64,000 bases of DNA from Catajapyx aquilonaris (Eukaryota), in the NCBI GenBank assembly GCA_000934665.2, contig KZ538186.1, positions 1 through 64,000 on the forward strand, given 5' to 3'. The first letter of the stretch is position 1. Each line of letters opens with the position of its first letter. The notes under the pieces were generated by a model. The model searched no databases, was not told the DNA's origin, and saw nothing but the letters and a program-made list of their open reading frames with translations. The translations under genes were made by a program, and so were the position numbers. Shown here in pieces: positions 51,657 through 60,600 of this stretch.

Positions 51657-54600
51657 TAACCTTCTTCTGCAAATCTTGCCCAAAGACTCCCTCGAGTCTT
51701 CTTTCTTTGTTTATCCAGCTCCGCTTCTATTCCTTTCTTCAGTTCTAATAGCTCCCCATCTAAGCTCTGGTCGTCCAAAATCTTTTGTATCCTCTCTCTG
51801 TCCTTCCTCCGTGCTGCCCTAAAGGCAGGCGGATCTTGTTCCTCTTCCAGGTCCACCGTCATAAATTCATCTAGGGTCAGGGCAGAGGTAGGAGTCTCCC
51901 CAAACTCAGACAAACGCTTGCGAATAGTGGATTCATGCACCTTCACAGTCCTCACTGCATCAGAAAGGGCACAGTTGAACCCATGCAAGCGGCCTGCAAT
52001 GATAAGGGCAGCACCGCAAAGACCAGCAGGACGACGCCCAATATGCATCCAATCCTTCTTGAATCGCAGGAGAAGGCGAGATGCCGTGTTGGTCACCTCA
52101 TGCACTTTTTGTTTAAAACCCATCTCGTGAGCGAAGCGTAAGATATGGACACATGGATCTGGAAAGATAAAGAATGCCACTGTCAGATTCTAAAGGACCA
52201 CATATGTCATTTTACACCAATTCCTTTTACCGAACATGAGAAAAGCATCAGTATCCTGTAATACTTTTTAAACCAGAGAGTGAGTGCAAACTGGGACATA
52301 TAAAGACAGTAAAATACAGGTTTGACACCAACTTCATGGTATTTCCACAATACAGTGAAACCTGCCCATTAAGGACCCTGGGTGTAGCAGAAACCTATCC
52401 ATTGCGGAATTTTTTCAGGGAAAGGGCATATCTGGAGCCTCATGTAAAAACCATGTATCTCTGATTTGGCCATTTTGAGATATTGCACCTCAAAGTTCGT
52501 GATCTGCCATTAGTTCTTGCATAAATCATACTTGAAAAACTTGAATAACTTTGCAGGAAAACAAGTTAGAGAGACGTGGTTTGTACCAGTGGATAGAGCT
52601 TGAAAAGACCCGTCCAATTGTGGCCTACCAGTAAAAACCCAGTATCTTGAGTTACATGGTTTTTACATGAGGCTCCAGATATGCATAGGGCATGCAATGT
52701 ATTTTTTGACAGATATAATGAAACCTGCCCAACGCAGAAAGGGAAGGGATTTTTGTCTCCCTTCAAAGAAAATCCCTGTTCATAATGGAAATCAAAAAGT
52801 TCACATTATCGCCTGCGAGTCACAAAACCAGAAACTACAGCCGGGTTCACTCCCGACCCTCCCCGAGGTCTCTTGAGTAACCCTTTTTGGACTGTCCTTT
52901 CACCATACTGTGTTTCCTAATTGCTGGAATTGCCATCGGCCAGTGGCCATGAAGATATTTCAGAGGAACAGGGACTATTTTTGGTTGGAAAATGGAGATG
53001 TGGCTTGTTGGGGGGTGGCCAAGAAGATTGTGACTCGTGATTCGTAGGTGCCTTGTCTTCAAGTTCACTGTTCAGTCCAGTTTTTAAATGTCGGGGAAGA
53101 GGAAGGGGTGACACAGGCTCAACGCATTGCTCTTCTCCGGGCAGATGGTCCAAAAGAGCAGGCAAAAATTAATTGCCCAAAAACTTGGTATGGCAAAACT
53201 TACAAGGGAATGATCCGCACCAACATGTCACCGATCGGACCCAAAATTACGTGGCTGGTCAATTGCAGGCCAGGTATGAATATGTGAAAGTGACAACCGT
53301 CACTACTCAAGCATTGTCGAGTAATTAGCAATTACAAGTGGCCCCGTAACCAAGGCGACGGGGATAATTGGCGAATTGGAACGTAATAAACAAGTCTAGG
53401 TCGAGTGGCCCTACTGGCCCAGTTGGTAACGCTGCTGTTTACAGATCAAAGCACGGTCTTAGAAGATCAAAGGGTCATAGGTTCGAGCCTCGTCGGAGGC
53501 CAGTTTCCATTTTCGATTTTTTTTTTTCTTCCCCCTCCCCTTTTTCTTTCGTCTTTTTCGTGTTTTTCTTCGTGTCTTTCTTTTTTACTCCCTTTCTTAT
53601 GTCTACCAGGTATAATTTCTTGACTCTCGCAAACAACCGACAGAAAACTTGCTAGATTTTTCTTTTCCTTCTCACTCTACATATCTATAGCAGTATAGGC
53701 CATTCGGTAACACTTTTTGGCACTCGGGCCGAAATGTTACGTCAATTACTGCCGCGGGTATAAGCCAAGTGCCTGTCCCGCTCCCTATAGTAGCCTACTT
53801 TGTTATGGGAAGACGTATTAATTTGTAAGTCCCAACCAAGCAGTCAATGAATGGTACGGCGTACAGGTCTTTCCCTCAACAACGTGGTGGACCAGATGAA
53901 AATGATGGATGTAGGTATTGTGTAACTTCCACCGCTTCCCTGTGACACTGTTGTTTTGGGCATCCCGCGAATAAACCGCACTATAGGATAATTCGAAATT
54001 GAGGAAATGCTAATACACAGCAAGACAATTTACCTTGTCATTGCCTCATTTACAGCTGCTGATGCGCATCCATTATAATTTTAGCCATTTGCTGTTCAGA
54101 AACCCTGAGAAGAGGTTGAAGTTGACTTCTGTCCTTTTATTCGTGCTTATTATTATCATCTCACTTCAATCAGGCAGGAACAGTGAGCTATAACTCGTCT
54201 GCTACGACCGGCTATACCTTGTGACCTGTGAGGGAAAGACCTGTACGCCGTACCATTCATTGACTGCTTGGTTGGGACTTACAAATTAATACGTCTTCCC
54301 ATAACAAAGTAGGCCACTATAGGGAGCGGGACAGGCACTTGCTTATACCCGCGGCAGTAATTGACGTAACATTTCGACCCGAGTGCCAAAAAGTGTTACC
54401 GAATGGCCTATGCTGCTATAGATATGTAGAGTGAGAAGGAAAAGAAAAATCTAGCAAGTTTTCTGTCGGTTGTTTGCGAGAGTCAAGAAATTATACCTGG
54501 TAGACATAAGAAAGGAAGTAAAAAAGAAAGACACGAAGAAAAACACGAAAAAGACGAAAGAAAAAGGGGAGGGGGAAGAAAAAAAAAAATCGAAAATGGA

Positions 54601-57600
54601 AACTGGCCTCCGACGAGGCTCGAACCTATGACCCTTTGACCTTCTAAGACCGTGCTTTGATCTGTAAACAGCAGCGTTACCAACTGGGCCAGTAGGGCCA
54701 CTCGACCTAGACTTGTTTATTACGTTCCAATTCTCCAATTATCCCCGTCGCCTTGGTTACGGGGCCACTTGTAATTGCTAATTACTCGACAATGCTTGAG
54801 TAGTGACGGTTGTCACTTTCACATATTCATACCTGGCCTACAATTGACCAGCCATGTAATTTTGGGTCCGATCGGTGACATGTTGGTGCGGATCATTCCC
54901 TTGTTAGTGTTTCAAATGGGTGGCTAGAAAGTTTCTGCAATAGGCACAGAATTTCGCGGAAAAAAGTGTATGGAGTGTGTGTGTGGTGGACTGATTTTGC
55001 ACCATATTGAAGTTAAGGTGAATATTTTCTCTCTGCCCATTTTCCTCTGTTTCTCACCGGCCAAAAAAAAACTTAGTAACTTGATCTGAATATAGCGGAA
55101 ACCTGTCCATTACGCCTTACGGAAAAAATTTTTAGGGTCCCGTGCGATTCGGTAATACACAGGTTTCACTGTATTAACAAATATAGGGCGTTCCAATATT
55201 TTGGTTCATTTAGTTATAGGAAATTTATTTTACACTGTGAAATAATGTACTGGTCACTGTCCGTAAGCAAGAATAAAATAAACCAATGCAATTAGGCAAG
55301 TGAAGGTGCACCAGCCAGATTGAAAAGCCCGCTGTCCCCCTTCCCCTCCTGGTGCTCCCATTGGCCGCCCACATCCCTTCACATACGCGCGCACAAGCAC
55401 CCTTCCAATCGAAGTGGGTGGATGTGAAGGGTGTTGTGGGGTGGGGTGGGGTCGGGGGTGGTGGGGATGGATTTCCCTCCTACCCACTCCTATCCTCCCA
55501 GCCTCCCCCGTCCACCCACCCAAACCCTCCAAAATGGCGTCTCATCTGAAGTTGCATAGCAGTTGAACCCTTTCCTTGCACGTCTTCTTGGACCCCCCCA
55601 ACCTAGTCCCCGATCCACGGAGCCAGGACGTGCGTCCCCCGTCTGGTGGTGGGCTGGGACGCGCTGTTCGCCGCATGTTTTCGACTGGCTAGCAGGGCAG
55701 TCGCTGAGGCCATGTCCAACCTACACATGAAGATGAGCAGCGGGGCCAAAGGAGGCGGAGGAGGAGGCACACAGACGGTGGGGAACACCAACAAAAGTCG
55801 GTTCCAACAGCACCAGACCAACCAGCAGGGAGGTGCACAGCAGGCTGACAGCCTCAACATGCAGGTCACCCAGCAGACAGCTGCTTCGTGGGCCAATGGT
55901 GAGATTGCCTGGACCGCTCCTTCCGTTAACCGGTCTGATCAATGGCCCAGATATGCCTTTATGCGAACGGAGCGTAGCATGACAGTTGCTATTTGCGGAA
56001 TACAACTGCACTTGTGGATAATAAATTGCACACTGGATGAACAGTTTTCAAAGTGGGGAATGTTGACAGGTTATAAATTGTGGTTTCGTGGAGGGAATGT
56101 CTGATTGACTAATCCACTTCGGAAGTGTAGGTAACCAGCTCTTCAGAAGCTGGCATCGAAAATATCTGTTACGTGCCAGGTATGAGGTCGTATAGTTCAT
56201 ATCGCAAGATAATCAACGTGAACCCCCCCCCCAGCGCAAATTTTCCATGCCTCTGCTTATTATTGATCAATACCTTATTACCCCACAAACATTGAATAAT
56301 GCTTGCTAGGAAATACTTTTACATGTAAATCTTGTAGCTATACCAGCATGGTTTTGTCCATTTTACCTGAGAAAAATATATCAAATGGTAACCATAATTT
56401 CTTCAGAGATGGGGAGAAACTGAGGGGACTCAGGCCCCACTCCCTTTCCCCCCCTGTCAGTACATGGCCACTTGCCAAGACTGCTCCTGCTCCAGTAATT
56501 CACTTCACAACTTCTGAGATATGGTGTCCTTTCCCTCACTCTGAGCTAGGCTTAATAATTATGAATAATAACCATCAGTTCAAAATTACAATTCACCTTT
56601 AACTTGCAATACTCTTTACACAAGGCATTGTAAACAGTACGTAGCAGTTTAAATGAAAATATCACTTTCTCTCAAGGGAATGGGAAATCAGGAAAATTAC
56701 CCACTCTATGCAGCTCCCCCNCCCCCCCCCCGAGCTCGACATTTTATAATGACAGCACTACTTGTGCAGAGAGAGAGTGCAATGGTATAATATCATAGGC
56801 ATACCAGAGAAATCCAATTTTTGTGGTTTGGAGTTATTTATACCACTAAGGGCGAGTTGTATGAGCATGAGTTAACGTTAACTACGGAGTTAGCTGTTTT
56901 CATATAGACTAACTTCAGGGAGGTGGCCGAGATGGTAAAGTCTCGGCTTGCTGAGTGAAAGGTCCCAGGTTCGATCCCCGCCTGCGTCAGGAGGGTATCT
57001 GACCAGCACCTTGGAGGTGTATGGCAACCTAGCCTCCTGGGTCCTGGGGGACTGCACGTGGCCCGACAGCCAACATTGCACCTGCACAATCCCCAACAAT
57101 CCCTATCCCTACCTCACATCCCGAAGTCTTTGCATGGAGATTGAAGGAAAATTGTACTAAATGGTGATTATCCAGCCCCCTACAGAAGCCATAAGGCAGT
57201 GGTTTCCAACCTTTTACCAACTACTACCCCCTAGACATGTTTCATAAATGTGCGACCCCCCACACCCCTGCCCCTTCTACAACTGCCCCCTTTCCAGAAA
57301 ACATACACTCTGTACGGCAGAAAAATGGTTCAATTGACACAGAAATTGCACCAAAAAATAGTTGAACCAAGGCTCGCAATCCCCTGTGACCCACCGGTTG
57401 GAAACCACTGCCATAAGGGTCATCATGGGGTACACAACAAATATAACAAAATATAGACTAACTTTATAGTTAACCTTAACTCATGTTCATATCAGTCGTA
57501 TTTTTTCTGCTCTATCACCTGGGGAAGTCCAATTAGTCCTAAAGATTCACAATGAGCCAGCAAGCCATGATTTTCAGTCTTCACTGAAACAAGTGCAAGG

Positions 57601-60600
57601 TCAAATCTTTGCTTTGGACTATTTCTAAACTGGGTTTTTTGGACTTGCTAGATTTCACTTAAGTCTGTCCACAATATCTACTCTTTTTCTAAACTCAGAG
57701 GACAAGGGCACAATGAATAAGTAAATGGAAAACACATATGCTTCATATTCACACACTACTAGATCAAATTGTGTGAATGGAAAAGTATTAACTGAGTATC
57801 ACTCTCATATAAACTTCCGTGAAGGCTCAACATTTGGCATGTCATGCCCTCTACCATTGTACCAGATGTGATTTTGACTATGCTATTACAATCTGGTTCC
57901 CAAAATGTGGCAGTCTCTTTCAGAAATGTGAATTATGCAGACTCCAATTTATTTCCTGCTAAACTAATTAAAGTCACGTAGGTTGTGGCACATCCTAACA
58001 TTGGAATTGATTATTTATCAGTAATGGTACAGTCACTATGACAGTATGACCAAATGACTATTAAGCACTCCCTCAACCCTCAGTCAGAGAATGTGACCTG
58101 ATATCTTGCAATTTCTTTATTTTGACAGTCCTCCCGATGAACTCTGGTGGCAATCTTCTCTCACCTTCATCCCAGGGTGGAGGTCACCCCCATTCCCATC
58201 TACACCACCTCCATTCCCGCACTGGTGGAACTGACCAGGACTCGGTACAGGTGACTCAACCGGCCAGTGCTCCTACTTCCCCTCTCTCCTCTCCTCGTCT
58301 TATCGTTTCCACCTGTAGTGCCAGCACCAGCACTGCTGGTACCTCCCTCTCCTCTGCCCTCAGCCCTGCATCCTCTACATTCTCTCCATCAGCTCATCCA
58401 ACCTTAGACCCCAACTGGCAGGCCTCCAAGCCTACCATACGTGAAAGGAATGCTGCCATGTTCAACAATGACCTCATGGCTGATGTCCACTTTGTAGTCA
58501 GCCATGGTGGAACAGTGCAACGCATACCAGCTCACAAGTATGTGCTGGCCACTGGCAGTTCCGTCTTCTATGCCATGTTCTTTGGAGGGCTGGCAGAGGA
58601 CAAGGACGAGATTGAGGTGCCTGATGTGGAGCCATCTGCCTTTCTTGCGCTCCTCAAGTAAGATCGTCTGTGTTTCTGGTGTCAGGTTATTCTGAAACTT
58701 TTATGGTCAATAACTTCAACATTTGTTCTCAGCTGAAGTCTAATGTATGGTATGCTTTTATATCATTCCAGTAATTTAAAAGCTGCTACAGTGCCCTTTT
58801 TTGAGTGGTATTTTGTAATTCTAAGGCACTTTAAATTGTAGCATTTTAATAAATGTGGTGGAAATAATATCCGTGCTGAGAAAATTGCCACCTCACCAAT
58901 TTTCTCTTCCTTTTGGATATGCAGTTTGTTCCGTATTGAACAGCTTCAGATGACTCATGGGAAAGCCAGGTTTCTTGTGTTCTAGGGTAGGGTAATCCAA
59001 GTTTCATCCCACTTATTGAACCAAGGGGCCATTGTAATTTACCATTACGTCACTGACTTTGAAATGCGGGTGTTGTAAATCTAGCCCCTTTTCTGATGAT
59101 TTATCTTTTCCAGGTACCTGTACTGTGATGAAATCAACTTGGAAGCAGACACTGTGCTCGCGACACTATATGCAGCAAAGAAGTATATAGTGCCCTTCCT
59201 GGCGAAAGCATGTGTGTCTTTTTTAGAGACGAGCTTGACGGCAAAAAACGCCTGCCTGCTCCTGAGCCAGTCGCGCCTCTTTGAAGAACCGGAGCTCATG
59301 CAGAGGTGCTGGGAGGTCATCGATGCACAGGTATAAATTACTCAGGAGATCCATTCCATTATGTGTTTTAAGAAGTACAAATGTGAGATTGTTTTGAATG
59401 AGTTTTTTACACCAGGGAAATTCAACGAATTTTTGTCTGCAAATGAAATCAAAATCCATGGCGTGTTCTATGTCAGTATGTGGCCAAAATAAAGTTATTG
59501 AATCTAACCCATTGGAGCATGCATTACCCTTCCAAAGTGATACAAATTCAAATTTTGACATTTCACAACTATGATGAATTGTTAAACCTTAAAATTGTAC
59601 AATTGCCTCAGTGGCATAGGGAATCCAAGCTGCTATAATATATCCTATGGCAGTGGAGAGATTTCAAATATCTCAGCAGCAATGTTCCCATCACACTACA
59701 AAATTACTGGTATATCAACAGTTCTCATGAGCAATTTCCATCTTCAATAATCAATTAAATTACAAATCACCTCATGAGATTAGTTAAACAAAACTCAGTG
59801 TGAGTTAAAACCCCAAGTTGGGCCAAAAGCAAAGAAGAAGTTTCTTTAACTGTGGTGGTCACTTGCATTATTTATGATACTTGATAAAATCAGTCTTTAC
59901 ACAAAACCGTCATATAAGCCCACCACAGGTTTGAGCAGCTTGACTGCATTCACCCCTTCCCTCTTCAGGCGGAGATGGCCTTGCGATCTGAGGGTTTTGT
60001 GGACATTGACATCCACACCTTAGAATCGGTGCTGGCTCGGGAGACACTCAACTGCAAGGAACTTGTCCTGTTTGAAGCAGCCATGAGCTGGGCGTCTGCA
60101 GAGTGCGCCAGAAAGGACCTTGAGCCAACCCCACAAGCCATGAGAGGGGTGCTGGCTAGTGCCCTGTACCTCATCCGTATACCAGCAATGGGGCTAGAAG
60201 AGTTCGCCAATGGGGCAGCTCAGTCAGGAATGCTCACACTACAGGAAACAACGGACATCTTCCTGCATTTCACTGCTAAGAACAAGCCCCAGCTCAACTA
60301 TCCAACCAAGCCCAGGGCAGGGCTTAAGCCACAGGTTAGAACTTGCTTCAGTACTCATGGCCAAATTAGTTTCATCTAATGATCTCCATGATCTATCAGT
60401 ATGCAGAGCTCAGTAACATAGTAACATTGTCACTGGGGTCCTTATGTCATGAAATATTGTATATAGCAATATTTGTAACTGTTTTAAATTCACACAGGTG
60501 TGTCACCGCTTCCAATCATCAGCATACCGTAGCAATCAGTGGCGGTATCGTGGACGGTGTGACAGCATCCAGTTTTGTGTCGACCGACGAATCTTCATAG

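Larger units (their letters stand above)
53203..54903. mobile_element. Foldback element with near-identical arms of about 675 bp (53203-53877 and 54229-54903)
   Basis: TTA|CAAGGGAATGATCCGCACC...GGTGCGGATCATTCCCTTG|TTA; mirrored ORFs 53368+ and 54451-. Confidence 0.92.
52353..55171. mobile_element. pogo/Tigger-like non-autonomous element hosting a small MITE (about 52426-52685) and the 1.7-kb foldback
   Basis: TA|CAGTGAAACCTG...CAGGTTTCACTG|TA; internal GAAACCTG.CCA repeats. Confidence 0.7.

Noticed and set aside
53368..54738. Two near-identical 95-aa ORFs on opposite strands
   Set aside because: Mirror images from the foldback arms; Phe-rich translation of T-tracts, non-ATG starts, no recognisable domain.
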